The notes beneath the pieces were generated by a model, which did not search any database, was not told where the DNA came from, and was given only the letters and a program-made list of their open reading frames with translations. This document shows, in pieces, positions 1 through 23,340 of a stretch of 64,000 nucleotides of DNA (positions within the stretch are counted from its first letter, which is position 1; every line of letters begins with the position of its first letter). The DNA is from the human T2T-CHM13v2.0 reference genome, Homo sapiens. The stretch lies in the NCBI RefSeq assembly GCF_009914755.1, contig NC_060948.1. One strand, written 5' to 3'. Made by a program: the position numbers and the translations under genes.

Positions 1-1563
<1,563 letters not shown>

Positions 1564-2133
1564 AGATCCATATTTTGTAAATGAAAAAAAATTTCAAAGG
1601 TACTCTGCTTGGTATAATAATCAAATGTATAAACTGAGGAATAAAACATAACCATGAAACCTACTTATAACTGCATATGGAAAATACAGAGGATAATTTT
1701 TTAAATAACATATTTTGAAAGCCTTAACTAGTAATTTGAAGAGTTGGCATTTGAAAGGCCAGTATGAATATACCTTCAAATCAGCAACACAGGTTCCCCA
1801 TGAGAAAAAGCAAACACAGGGAAAACAAAAACACAAATGTTCAATCTCTTCTGACCTTTGAAAGACACAGCACAGACAGTGGTCCTTAGGACGAAGAGCA
1901 GGAGACCCCTAATTCCGTCACCATGGCGATAGGGCATAAACATTGCTGGGTGAGGGCACAATCCACATTGTGAGGTCCAACTGCTGCCAGGAAGACAGGA
2001 GTGCTTTTACATAGACCGAAAGGTCATTGAAGGCTCAGAGTTTTGTTTCAAGAACTGAATCCCAAGCCCACACGTTATTAGGCTGCGCTTCTTAAAACAA
2101 GTTATGAGATGGGAAAAAGGGCACCCACAAACA
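1564..2133. repeat. HSATI-like unique subunit of DYZ2 (representative; follows every Alu copy at the same offset, 26 copies, last at ~62077-62646)
   Basis: ~570-bp moderately GC-containing, non-simple block between the Alu 5' end and the AT-rich block. The name comes from the known tripartite DYZ2 structure, not from an alignment. Boundaries are approximate. Confidence 0.75.
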
Positions 2134-3983
<1,850 letters not shown>

Positions 3984-6090
3984 AGATCCATATTTTTTAA
4001 ATGAAAAAAAATTTCAAAGGTACTCTGCTTGGTACAATAATCAAATGTATAAACTGAGGAATAAAACATAACCATGAAACCTACTTATAACTGCATATGG
4101 AAAATACAGAGGATAATTTTTTAAATAACATATTTTGAAAGCCTTAACTAGTAATTTGAAGAGTTGGCATTTGAAAGGCCAGTATGAATATACCTTCAAA
4201 GCAGCAACACAGGTTCCCCATGAGAAAAAGCAAACACAGGGAAAATAAAAACACAAAGGTTCAATCTCTTCTGACCTTTGAAAGACACAGCACAGACAGT
4301 GGTCCTTAGGACGAAGAGCAGGAGACCCCTAATTCCGTCACCATGGCGATAGGGCACAAACATTGCTGGGTGAGGGCACAATCCACATTGTGAGGTCCAA
4401 CTGCTGCCAGGAAGACAGGAGTGCTTTTACATAGACCGAAAGGTCATTGAAGGCTCAGAGTTTTGTTTCAAGAACTGAATCCCAAGCCCACACGTTATTA
4501 GGCTGCGCTTCTTAAAACAAGTTATGAGATGGGAAAAAGGGCACCCACAAACATACGTATACATTATGTATATAATAATATACAGTATCATATATATAAT
4601 ATATATAACCTATGTATAATATTGTTTTACATCCTGCATCTTATGTTATATATATTGTATAAAATATAATAATTGATAATATATAAGTTTTATAATTATA
4701 CAATATGACATATAGTATATATTATAATTTATGACATATATAATATATGTTATATATCATATATAGAATATATTATACGGTTAATATACGTATTAAATAT
4801 AAATTATACCTTATATATATTATATATAATATATCTGTTATATATAATACCCATTATGCATAATATATATATTATGTCTATGTTATATATAGTATAAAAC
4901 AACATATTATAATATATAATTGTATATATAAAATGCGACATATAATATATATTATATTTTATAACATATGTAATATATATTATATATTATATATAATACG
5001 TTGTATGTATAATACCTATATTAAATATATATTATATGACTATGTTATTAATTACATGTCACATGTGTTATATATTATATATTTTACATAGAATATACCG
5101 GTTACATACAATATATACTATGTTACCTATAATGTATAATTTATTACATGTAAAATAAAGAATGCAATATATTATGTATAATTTATAATATACAATATGT
5201 GGAATGTGACATATGTAACATATAATATATGATATATGATATACAGTATATGATATATAACATACAATATATGATTCCTAATATATATGTTATACAATAT
5301 ATATTTTATGATATGTATTCTATATGTTTTATATTCTGTTATATATAACTATTTGAAATTATATATAACTGTATAATATTTTATGTAAATATGTAATATA
5401 ATATATATAACTATATAATATATTATATATAACTATATATTATGTTATATATACTTTTATAACATAATTTACATAAAATATCATAATATAATATATATTA
5501 TATTATTTCATATTACATAATATATATTACATATCACCCAATATAACTAACATACATAATATTATAATATAGATTATATTATGTTATATTAAATATCATA
5601 TATATCATGTATCATATATTCTATAATATATATTACACATTATATAATATGTATGTTGTCTATTATGTGATATATATAACTCAATATATAATTATATTTT
5701 TATACATATAACTAGATAAACATGTAATTCTACATATTTTCATTTATAATATGTAGAATTATATAATCATATATAATTATTTATATTCTATAAAAAATTT
5801 TATCATTATATAAATTATAATATATAAAAATTATAATATGTACTACAAATATATATATATTATATATCATATATGATATAGTACCTTTGTTATATATCAT
5901 AATACATATAAATGTGTATTATGTTATCTATAATTATATAATTTCATATATAAGATGTATAATATGTATCATATATTATATATGTTATGTAATATATATA
6001 GTATATATAAGATGACACAGGATAAATATTATATACTATGACATATAAAATATATGAGGTTATATGTTACATATAAGGCATAGCACATAA

Positions 6091-6405
<315 letters not shown>

Positions 6406-8505
6406 AGATCCATATTTTGTAAATGAAAAAAAATTTCAAAGTTACTCTGCTTGGTACAATAATCAAATGTATAAACTGAGGAATAAAACATAACCATGAA
6501 ACCTACTTATAACTGCATATGGAAAATACAGAGGATAATTTTTTAAATAACATATTTTGAAAGCCTTAACTAGTAATTTGAAGAGTTGGCATTTGAAAGG
6601 CCAGTATGAATAAACCTTCAAAGCAGCAACACAGGTTCCCCATGAGAAAAAGCAAACACAGGGAAAATAAAAACACAAAGGTTCAATCTCTTCTGACCTT
6701 TGAAAGACACAGCACAGACAATGGTCCTTAGGACGAAGAGCAGGAGACCCCTAATTCCGTCACCATGGCGATAGGGCATAAACATTGCTGGGTGAGGGCA
6801 CAATCCACATTGTGAGGTCCAACTGCTGCCAGGAAGACAGGAGTGCTTTTACATAGACCGAAAGGTCATTGAAGGCTCAGAGTTTTGTTTCAAGAACTGA
6901 ATCCCAAGCCCACACGTTATTAGGCTGCGCTTCTTAAAACAAGTTATGAGATGGGAAAAAGGGCACCCACAAACATACGTATACATTATGTATATAATAA
7001 TATACAGTATCATATATATAATATATATAACCTATGTATAATATTGTTTTACATCCTGCATCTTATGTTATATATATTGTATAAAATATAATAATTGATA
7101 ATATATAAGTTTTATAATTATACAATATGACATATAGTATATATTATAATTTATGACATATATAATATATGTTATATATCATATATAGAATATATTATAC
7201 GGTTAATATACGTATTAAATATAAATTATACATTATATATATTATATATAATATATCTGTTATATATAATACCCATTATGCATAATATATATATTATGTC
7301 TATGTTATATATAGTATAAAACAACATATAATAATATATAATTGTATATATAAAATGCGACATATAATATATATTATATTTTATAACATATGTAATATAT
7401 ATTATATATAATACGTTGTATGTATAATACCTATATTAAATATATATTATATGACTATGTTATTAATTACATGTCACATGTGTTATATATTATATATTTT
7501 ACATAGAATATACCGGTTACATACAATATATACTATGTTACCTATAATGTATAATTTATTACATGTAAAATAAAGAATGCAATATATTATGTATAATTTA
7601 TAATATACAATATGTGGAATGTGACATATGTAACATATAATATATGATATATGATATACAGTATATGATATATAACATACAATATATGATTCCTAATATA
7701 TACGGTATACAATATATATTTTATGATATGTATTCTATATGTTTTATATTCTGTTATATATAACTATTTGAAATTATATATAACTGTATAATATTTTATG
7801 TAAATATGTAATATAATATATATAACTATATAATATATTATATATAACTATATATTATGTTATATATACTTTTATAACATAATTTACATAAAATATCATA
7901 ATATAATATATATTATATTATTTCATATTACATAATATATATTACATATCACCCAATATAACTAACATACATAATATTATAATATAGATTATATTATGTT
8001 ATATTAAATATCATATATATCATGTATCATATATTCTATAATATATATTACACATTATATAATATGTATGTTGTCTATTATGTGATATATATAACTCAAT
8101 ATATAATTATATTTTTATACATATAACTAGATAAACATGTAATTCTACATATTTTCATTTATAATATGTAGAATTATATAATCATATATAATTATTTATA
8201 TTCTATAAAAAATTTTATCATTATATAAATTATAATATATAAAAATTATAATATGTACTACAAATATATATATATTATATATCATATATGATATAGTACC
8301 TTTGTTATATATCATAATACATATAAATGTGTATTATGTTATCTATAATTATATAATTTCATATATAAGATGTATAATATGTATCATATATTATATATGT
8401 TATGTAATATATATAGTATATATAAGATGACACAGGATAAATATTATATACTATGACATATAAAATATATGAGGTTATATGTTACATATAAGGCATAGCA
8501 CATAA

Positions 8506-8820
<315 letters not shown>

Positions 8821-10925
8821 AGATCCATATTTTGTAAATGAAAAAAAATTTCAAAGGTACTCTGCTTGGTACAATAATCAAATGTATAAACTGAGGAATA
8901 AAACATAACCATGAAACCTACTTATAACTGCATATGGAAAATACAGAGGATAATTTTTTAAATAACATATTTTGAAAGCCTTAACTAGTAATTTGAAGAG
9001 TTGGCATTTGAAAGGCCAGTATGAATAAACCTTCAAAGCAGCAACACAGGTTCCCCATGAGAAAAAGCAAACACAGGGAAAATAAAAACACAAAGGTTCA
9101 ATCTCTTCTGACCTTTGAAAGACACAGCACAGACAGTGGTCCTTAGGACGAAGAGCAGGAGACCCCTAATTCCGTCACCATGGCGATAGGGCATAAACAT
9201 TGCTGGGTGAGGGCACAATCCACATTGTGAGGTCCAACTGCTGCCAGGAAGACAGGAGTGCTTTTACATAGACCGAAAGGTCATTGAAGGCTCAGAGTTT
9301 TGTTTCAAGAACTGAATCCCAAGCCCACACGTTATTAGGCTGCGCTTCTTAAAACAAGTTATGAGATGGGAAAAAGGGCACCCACAAACATACGTATACA
9401 TTATGTATATAATAATATACTGTATCATATATATAATATATATAACCTATGTATAATATTGTTTTACATCCTGCATCTTATGTTATATATATTGTATAAA
9501 ATATAATAATTGATAATATATAAGTTTTATAATTATACAATATGACATATAGTATATATTATAATTTATGACATATATAATATATGTTATATATCATATA
9601 TAGAATATATTATACGGTTAATATACGTATTAAATATAAATTATACCATATATATTATATATAATATATCTGTTATATATAATACCCATTATGCATAATA
9701 TATATATTATGTCTATGTTATATATAGTATAAAACAACATATTATAATATATAATTGTATATATAAAATGTGACATATAATATATATTATATTTTATAAC
9801 ATATGTAATATATATTATATATTATATATAATACGTTGTATGTATAATACCTATATTAAATATATATTATATGACTATGTTATTAATTACATGTCACATG
9901 TGTTATATATTATATATTTTACATAGAATATACCGGTTACATACAATATATACTATGTTACCTATAATGTATAATTTATTACATGTAAAATAAAGAATGC
10001 AATATATTATGTATAATTTATAATATACAATATGTGGAATGTGACATATGTAACATATAATATATGATATATGATATACAGTATATGATATATAACATAC
10101 AATATATGATTCCTAATATATATGGTATACAATATATATTTTATGATATGTATTCTATATGTTTTATATTCTGTTATATATAACTATTTGAAATTATATA
10201 TAACTGTATAATATTTTATGTAAATATGTAATATAATATATATAACTATATAATATATTATATATAACTATATATTATGTTATATATACTTTTATAACAT
10301 AATTTACATAAAATATCATAATATAATATATATTATATTATTTCATATTACATAATATATATTACATATCACCCAATATAACTAACATACATAATATTAT
10401 AATATAGATTATATTATGTTATATTAAATATCATATATATCATGTATCATATATTCTATAATATATATTACACATTATATAATATGTATGTTGTCTATTA
10501 TGTGATATATATAACTCAATATATAATTATATTTTTATACATATAACTAGATAAACATGTAATTCTACATATTTTCATTTATAATATGTAGAATTATATA
10601 ATCATATATAATTATTTATATTCTATAAAAAATTTTATCATTATATAAATTATAATATATAAAAATTATAATATGTACTACAAATATATATATATTATAT
10701 ATCATATATGATATAGTACCTTTGTTATATATCATAATACATATAAATGTGTATTATGTTATCTATAATTATATAATTTCATATATAAGATGTATAATAT
10801 GTATCATATATTATATATGTTATGTAATATATATAGTATATATAAGATGACACAGGATAAATATTATATACTATGACATATAAAATATATGAGGTTATAT
10901 GTTACATATAAGGCATAGCACATAA

Positions 10926-11240
<315 letters not shown>

Positions 11241-13345
11241 AGATCCATATTTTGTAAATGAAAAAAAATTTCAAAGGTACTCTGCTTGGTACAATAATCA
11301 AATGTATAAACTGAGGAATAAAACATAACCATGAAACCTACTTATAACTGCATATGGAAAATACAGAGGATAATTTTTTAAATAACATATTTTGAAAGCC
11401 TTAACTAGTAATTTGAAGAGTTGGCATTTGAAAGGCCAGTATGAATAAACCTTCAAAGCAGCAACACAGGTTCCCCATGAGAAAAAGCAAACACAGGGAA
11501 AATAAAAACACAAAGGTTCAATCTCTTCTGACATTTGAAAGACACAGCACAGACAGTGGTCCTTAGGACGAAGAGCAGGAGACCCCTAATTCCGTCACCA
11601 TGGCGATAGGGCATAAACATTGCTGGGTGAGGGCACAATCCACATTGTGAGGTCCAACTGCTGCCAGGAAGACAGGAGTGCTTTTACATAGACCGAAAGG
11701 TCATTGAAGGCTCAGAGTTTTGTTTCAAGAACTGAATCCCAAGCCCACACGTTATTAGGCTGCGCTTCTTAAAACAAGTTATGAGATGGGAAAAAGGGCA
11801 CCCACAAACATACGTATACATTATGTATATAATAATATACTGTATCATATATATAATATATATAACCTATGTATAATATTGTTTTACATCCTGCATCTTA
11901 TGTTATATATATTGTATAAAATATAATAATTGATAATATATAAGTTTTATAATTATACAATATGACATATAGTATATATTATAATTTATGACATATAAAA
12001 TATATGTTATATATCATATATAGAATATATTATACGGTTAATATACGTATTAAATATAAATTATACCTTATATATATTATATATAATATATCTGTTATAT
12101 ATAATACCCATTATGCATAATATATATATTATGTCTATGTTATATATAGTATAAAACAACATATAATAATATATAATTGTATATATAAAATGCGACATAT
12201 AATATATATTATATTTTATAACATATGTAATATATATTATATATTATATATAATACGTTGTATGTATAATACCTATATTAAATATATATTATATGACTAT
12301 GTTATTAATTACATGTCACATATGTTATATATTATATATTTTACATAGAATATACCGGTTACATACAATATATACTATGTTACCTATAATGTATAATTTA
12401 TTACATGTAAAATAAAGAATGCAATATATTATGTATAATTTATAATATACAATATGTGGAATGTGACATATGTAACATATAATATATGATATATGATATA
12501 CAGTATATGATATATAACATACAATATATGATTCCTAATATATATGGTATACAATATATATTTTATGATATGTATTCTATATGTTTTATATTCTGTTATA
12601 TATAACTATTTGAAATTATATATAACTGTATAATATTTTATGTAAATATGTAATATAATATATATAACTATATAATATATTATATATAACTATATATTAT
12701 GTTATATATACTTTTATAACATAATTTACATAAAATATCATAATATAATATATATTATATTATTTCATATTACATAATATATATTACATATCACCCAATA
12801 TAACTAACATACATAATATTATAATATAGATTATATTATGTTATATTAAATATCATATATATCATGTATCATATATTCTATAATATATATTACACATTAT
12901 ATAATATGTATGTTGTCTATTACGTGATATATATAACTCAATATATAATTATATTTTTATACATATAACTAGATAAACATGTAATTCTACATATTTTCAT
13001 TTATAATATGTAGAATTATATAATCATATATAATTATTTATATTCTATAAAAAATTTTATCATTATATAAATTATAATATATAAAAATTATAATATGTAC
13101 TACAAATATATATATTATATATCATATATGATATAGTACCTTTGTTATATATCATAATACATATAAATGTGTATTATGTTATCTATAATTATATAATTTC
13201 ATATATAAGATGTATAATATGTATCATATATTATAGATGTTATGTAATATATATAGTAGATATAAGATGACACAGGATAAATATTATATACTATGACATA
13301 TAAAATATATGAGGTTATATGTTACATATAAGGCATAGCACATAA

Positions 13346-13660
<315 letters not shown>

Positions 13661-15767
13661 AGATCCATATTTTTTAAATGAAAAAAAATTTCAAAGGTAC
13701 TCTGCTTGGTACAATAATCAAATGTATAAACTGAGGAATAAAACATAACCATGAAACCTACTTATAACTGCATATGGAAAATACAGAGGATAATTTTTTA
13801 AATAACATATTTTGAAAGCCTTAACTAGTAATTTGAAGAGTTGGCATTTGAAAGGCCAGTATGAATATACCTTCAAAGCAGCAACACAGGTTCCCCATGA
13901 GAAAAAGCAAACACAGGGAAAATAAAAACACAAAGGTTCAATCTCTTCTGACCTTTGAAAGACACAGCACAGACAGTGGTCCTTAGGACGAAGAGCAGGA
14001 GACCCCTAATTCCGTCACCATGGCGATAGGGCATAAACATTGCTGGGTGAGGGCACAATCCACATTGTGAGGTCCAACTGCTGCCAGGAAGACAGGAGTG
14101 CTTTTACATAGACCGAAAGGTCATTGAAGGCTCAGAGTTTTGTTTCAAGAACTGAATCCCAAGCCCACACGTTATTAGGCTGCGCTTCTTAAAACAAGTT
14201 ATGAGATGGGAAAAAGGGCACCCACAAACATACGTATACATTATGTATATAATAATATACAGTATCATATATATAATATATATAACCTATGTATAATATT
14301 GTTTTACATTCTGCATCTTATGTTATATATATTGTATAAAATATAATAATTGATAATATATAAGTTTTATAATTATACAATATGACATATAGTATATATT
14401 ATAATTGATGACATATATAATATATGTTATATATCATATATAGAGTATATTATACGGTTAATATACGTATTAAATATAAATTATACCTTATATATATTAT
14501 ATATAATATATCTGTTATATATAATACCCATTATGCATAATATATATATTATGTCTATGTTATATATAGTATAAAACAACATATAATAATATATAATTGT
14601 ATATATAAAATGCGACATATAATATATATTATATTTTATAACATATGTAATATATATCATATATTATATATAATACGTTGTATGTATAATACCTATATTA
14701 AATATATATTATATGACTATGTTATTAATTACATGTCACATGTGTTATATATTATATATTTTACATAGAATATACCGGTTACATACAATATATACTATGT
14801 TACCTATAATGTATAATTTATTACATGTAAAATAAAGAATGCAATATATTATGTATAATTTATAATATACAATATGTGGAATGTGACATATGTAACATAT
14901 AATATATGATATATGATATACAGTATATGATATATAACATACAATATATGATTCCTAATATATATGGTATACAATATATATTTTATGATATGTATTCTAT
15001 ATGTTTTATATTCTGTTATATATAACTATTTGAAATTATATATAACTGTATAATATTTTATGTAAATATGTAATATAATATATATAACTATATAATATAT
15101 TATATATAACTATATATTATGTTATATATACTTTTATAACATAATTTACATAAAATATCATAATATAATATATATTATATTATTTCATATTACATAATAT
15201 ATATTACATATCACCCAATATAACTAACATACATAATATTATAATATAGATTATATTATGTTATATTAAATATCATATATATCATGTATCATATATTCTA
15301 TAATATATATTACACATTATATAATATGTATGTTGTCTATTATGTGATATATATAACTATATATATAATTATATTTTTATACATATAACTAGATAAACAT
15401 GTAATTCTACATATTTTCATTTGTAATATGTAGAATTATATAATCATATATAATTATTTATATTCTATAAAAAATTTTATCATTATATAAATTATAATAT
15501 ATAAAAATTATAATATGTACTACAAATATATATATATTATATATCATATATGATATAGTACCTTTGTTATATATCATAATACATATAAATGTGTATTATG
15601 TTATCTATAATTATATAATTTCATATATAAGATGTATAATATGTATCATATATTATATATGTTATGTAATATATATAGTATATATAAGATGACACAGGAT
15701 AAATATTATATACTATGACATATAAAATATATGAGGTTATATGTTACATATAAGGCATAGCACATAA

Positions 15768-16082
<315 letters not shown>

Positions 16083-18189
16083 AGATCCGTATTTTTTAAA
16101 TGAAAAAAAATTTCAAAGGTACTCTGCTTGGTACAATAATCAAATGTATAAACTGAGGAATAAAACATAACCATGAAACCTACTTATAACTGCATATGGA
16201 AAATACAGAGGATAATTTTTTAAATAACATATTTTGAAAGCCTTAACTAGTAATTTGAAGAGTTGGCATTTGAAAGGCCAGTATGAATATACCTTCAAAG
16301 CAGCAACACAGGTTCCCCATGAGAAAAAGCAAACACAGGGAAAATAAAAACACAAAGGTTCAATCTCTTCTGACCTTTGAAAGACACAGCACAGACAGTG
16401 GTCCTTAGGACGAAGAGCAGGAGACCCCTAATTCCGTCACCATGGCGATAGGGCATAAACATTGCTGGGTGAGGGCACAATCCACATTGTGAGGTCCAAC
16501 TGCTGCCAGGAAGACAGGAGTGCTTTTACATAGACCGAAAGGTCATTGAAGGCTCAGAGTTTTGTTTCAAGAACTGAATCCCAAGCCCACACGTTATTAG
16601 GCTGCGCTTCTTAAAACAAGTTATGAGATGGGAAAAAGGGCACCCACAAACATACGTATACATTATGTATATAATAATATACAGTATCATATATATAATA
16701 TATATAACCTATGTATAATATTGTTTTACATCCTGCATCTTATGTTATATATATTGTATAAAATATAATAATTGATAATATATAAGTTTTATAATTATAC
16801 AATATGACATATAGTATATATTATAATTTATGACATATATAATATATGTTATATGTCATATATAGAATATATTATACGGTTAATATACGTATTAAATATA
16901 AATTATACATTATATATATTATATATAATATATCTGTTATATATAATACCCATTATGCATAATATATATATTATGTCTATGTTATATATAGTATAAAACA
17001 ACATATAATAATATATAATTGTATATATAAAATGCGACATATAATATATATTATATTTTATAACATATGTAATATATATTATATATTATATATAATACGT
17101 TGTATGTATAATACCTATATTAAATATATATTATATGACTATGTTATTAATTACATGTCACATGTGTTATATATTATATATTTTACATAGAATATACCGG
17201 TTACATACAATATATACTATGTTACCTATAATGTATAATTGATTACATGTAAAATAAAGAATGCAATATATTATGTAAAATTTATAATATACAATATGTG
17301 GAATGTGACATATGTAACATATAATATATGATATATGATATACAGTATATGATATATAACATAAAATATATGATTCCTAATATATATGGTATACAATATA
17401 TATTTTATGATATGTGTTCTATATGTTTTATATTCTGTTATATATAACTATTTGAAATTATATATAACTGTATAATATTTTATGTAAATATGTAATATAA
17501 TATATATAACTATATAATATATTATATATAACTATATATTATGTTATATATACTTTTATAACATAATTTACATAAAATATCATAATATAATATATATTAT
17601 ATTTTTTCATATTACATAATATATATTACATATCACCCAATATAACTAACATACATAATATTATAATATAGATTATATTATGTTATATTAAATATCATAT
17701 ATATCATGTATCATATATTCTATAATATATATTACACATTATATAATATGTATGTTGTCTATTATGTGATATATATAACTCTATATATAATTATATTTTT
17801 ATACATATAACTAGATAAACATGTAATTCTACATATTTTCATTTGTAATATGTAGAATTATATAATCATATATAATTATTTATATTCTATAAAAAATTTT
17901 ATCATTATATAAATTATAATATATAAAAATTATAATATGTACTACAAATATATATATATTATATATCATATATGATATAGTACCTTTGTTATATATCATA
18001 ATACATATAAATGTGTATTATGTTATCTATAATTATATAATTTCATATATAAGATGTATAATATGTATCATATATTATATATGTTATGTAATATATATAG
18101 TATATATAAGATGACACAGGATAAATATTATATACTATGACATATAAAATATATGAGGTTATATGTTACATATAAGGCATAGCACATAA

Positions 18190-18504
<315 letters not shown>

Positions 18505-20607
18505 AGATCCGTATTTTTTAAATGAAAAAAAATTTCAAAGGTACTCTGCTTGGTACAATAATCAAATGTATAAACTGAGGAATAAAACATAACCATGAAA
18601 CCTACTTATAACTGCATATGGAAAATACAGAGGATAATTTTTTAAATAACATATTTTGAAAGCCTTAACTAGTAATTTGAAGAGTTGGCATTTGAAAGGC
18701 CAGTATGAATATACCTTCAAAGCAGCAACACAGGTTCCCCATGAGAAAAAGCAAACACAGGGAAAATAAAAACACAAAGGTTCAATCTCTTCTGACCTTT
18801 GAAAGACACAGCACAGACAGTGGTCCTTAGGACGAAGAGCAGGAGACCCCTAATTCCGTCACCATGGCAATAGGGCATAAACATTGCTGGGTGAGGGCAC
18901 AATCCACATTGTGAGGTCCAACTGCTGCCAGGAAGACAGGAGTGCTTTTACATAGACCGAAAGGTCATTGAAGGCTCAGAGTTTTGTTTCAAGAACTGAA
19001 TCCCAAGCCCACACGTTATTAGGCTGCGCTTCTTAAAACAAGTTATGAGATGGGAAAAAGGGCACCCACAAACATACGTATACATTATGTATATAATAAT
19101 ATACAGTATCATATATATAATATATATAACCTATGTATAATATTGTTTTACATCCTGCATCTTATGTTATATATATTGTATAAAATATAATAATTGATAA
19201 TATATAAGTTTTATAATTATACAATATGACATATAGTATATATTATAATTTATGACATATATAATATATGTTATATGTCATATATAGAATATATTATACG
19301 GTTAATATACGTATTAAATATAAATTATACATTATATATATTATATATAATATATCTGTTATATAAAATACCCATTATGCATAATATATATATTATGTCT
19401 ATGTTATATATAGTATAAAACAACATATAATAATATATAATTGTATATATAAAATGCGACATATAATATATATTATATTTTATAACATATGTAATATATA
19501 TTATATATTATATATAATACGTTGTATGTATAATACCTATATTAAATATATATTATATGACTATGTTATTAATTACATGTCACATGTGTTATATATTATA
19601 TATTTTACATAGAATATACCGGTTACATACAATATATACTATGTTACCTATAATGTATAATTTATTACATGTAAAATAAAGAATGCAACATATTATGTAA
19701 AATTTATAATATACCATATGTGGAATGTGATATATATAACATATAATATATGATATATGATATACAGTATATGATATATAACATACAATATATGATTCCT
19801 AATATATATGGTATACAATATATATTTTATGATATGTATTCTATATGTTTTATATTCTGTTATATATAACTATTTGAAATTATATATAACTGTATAATAT
19901 TTTATGTAAATATGTAATATAATATATATAACTATATAATATATTATATATAACTATATATTATGTTATATATACTTTTATAACATAATTTACATAAAAT
20001 ATCATAATATAATATATATTATATTATTTCATATTACATAATATATATTACATATCACCCAATATAACTAACATACATAATATTATAATATAGATTATAT
20101 TATGTTATATTAAATATCATATATATCATGTATCATATATTCTATAATATATATTACACATTATATAATATGTATGTTGTCTATTATGTGATATATATAA
20201 CTATATATAATTATATTTTTATACATATAACTAGATAAACATGTAATTCTACATATTTTCGTTTATAATATGTAGAATTATATAATCATATATAATTATT
20301 TATATTCTATAAAAAATTTTATCATTATATAAATTATAATATATAAAAATTATAATATGTACTACAAATATATATATTATATATCATATATGCTATAGTA
20401 CCTTTGTTATATATCATAATACATATAAATGTGTATTATGTTATCTATAATTATATAATTTCATATATAAGATGTATAATGTGTATCATATATTATATAT
20501 GTTATGTAATATATATAGTATATATAAGATGACACAGGATAAATATTATATACTATGACATATAAAATATATGAGGTTATATGTTACATATAAGGCATAG
20601 CACATAA

Positions 20608-20922
<315 letters not shown>

Positions 20923-23025
20923 AGATCCATATTTTGTAAATGAAAAAAAATTTCAAAGGTACTCTGCTTGGTACAATAATCAAATGTATAAACTGAGGAA
21001 TAAAACATAACCATGAAACCTACTTATAACTGCATATGGAAAATACAGAGGATAATTTTTTAAATAACATATTTTGAAAGCCTTAACTAGTAATTTGAAG
21101 AGTTGGCATTTGAAAGGCCAGTATGAATATACCTTCAAAGCAGCAACACAGGTTCCCCATGAGAAAAAGCAAACACAGGGAAAATAAAAACACAAAGGTT
21201 CAATCTCTTCTGACCTTTGAAAGACACAGCACAGACAGTGGTCCTTAGGACGAAGAGCAGGAGACCCCTAATTCCGTCACCATGGCGATAGGGCATAAAC
21301 ATTGCTGGGTGAGGGCACAATCCACATTGTGAGGTCCAACTGCTGCCAGGAAGACAGGAGTGCTTTTACATAGACCGAAAGGTCATTGAAGGCTCAGAGT
21401 TTTGTTTCAAGAACTGAATCCCAAGCCCACACGTTATTAGGCTGCGCTTCTTAAAACAAGTTATGAGATGGGAAAAAGGGCACCCACAAACATACGTATA
21501 CATTATGTATATAATAATATACAGTATCATATATATAATATATATAACCTATGTATAATATTGTTTTACATCCTGCATCTTATGTTATATATATTGTATA
21601 AAATATAATAATTGATAATATATAAGTTTTATAATTATACAATATGACATATAGTATATATTATAATTTATGACATATATAATATATGTTATATGTCATA
21701 TATAGAATATATTATACGGTTAATATACGTATTAAATATAAATTATACATTATATATATTATATATAATATATCTGTTATATAAAATACCCATTATGCAT
21801 AATATATATATTATGTCTATGTTATATATAGTATAAAACAACATATAATAATATATAATTGTATATATAAAATGCGACATATAATATATATTATATTTTA
21901 TAACATATGTAATATATATTATATATTATATATAATACGTTGTATGTATAATACCTATATTAAATATATATTATATGACTATGTTATTAATTACATGTCA
22001 CATGTGTTATATATTATATATTTTACATAGAATATACCGGTTACATACAATATATACTATGTTACCTATAATGTATAATTTATTACATGTAAAATAAAGA
22101 ATGCAACATATTATGTAAAATTTATAATATACCATATGTGGAATGTGATATATATAACATATAATATATGATATATGATATACAGTATATGATATATAAC
22201 ATACAATATATGATTCCTAATATATATGGTATACAATATATATTTTATGATATGTATTCTATATGTTTTATATTCTGTTATATATAACTATTTGAAATTA
22301 TATATAACTGTATAATATTTTATGTAAATATGTAATATAATATATATAACTATATAATATATTATATATAACTATATATTATGTTATATATACTTTTATA
22401 ACATAATTTACATAAAATATCATAATATAATATATATTATATTATTTCATATTACATAATATATATTACATATCACCCAATATAACTAACATACATAATA
22501 TTATAATATAGATTATATTATGTTATATTAAATATCATATATATCATGTATCATATATTCTATAATATATATTACACATTATATAATATGTATGTTGTCT
22601 ATTATGTGATATATATAACTATATATAATTATATTTTTATACATATAACTAGATAAACATGTAATTCTACATATTTTCGTTTATAATATGTAGAATTATA
22701 TAATCATATATAATTATTTATATTCTATAAAAAATTTTATCATTATATAAATTATAATATATAAAAATTATAATATGTACTACAAATATATATATTATAT
22801 ATCATATATGCTATAGTACCTTTGTTATATATCATAATACATATAAATGTGTATTATGTTATCTATAATTATATAATTTCATATATAAGATGTATAATGT
22901 GTATCATATATTATATATGTTATGTAATATATATAGTATATATAAGATGACACAGGATAAATATTATATACTATGACATATAAAATATATGAGGTTATAT
23001 GTTACATATAAGGCATAGCACATAA

Positions 23026-23340
<315 letters not shown>

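Noticed and set aside
1621-1961. Overlapping minus-strand 71-aa and 61-aa ORFs repeated in nearly every unit
   Set aside because: Short, mostly opened at TTG-type starts (e.g. complement of CAA at 1959-1961), with no recognisable domain. Their identity simply follows DNA-level repeat identity. One is broken in U12 by a point change. No splice or promoter support.
1957-1972. CACAAT-CCAC-ATTGTG mini hairpin in the unique block
   Set aside because: A 6-bp stem is within chance expectation and there is no other support.
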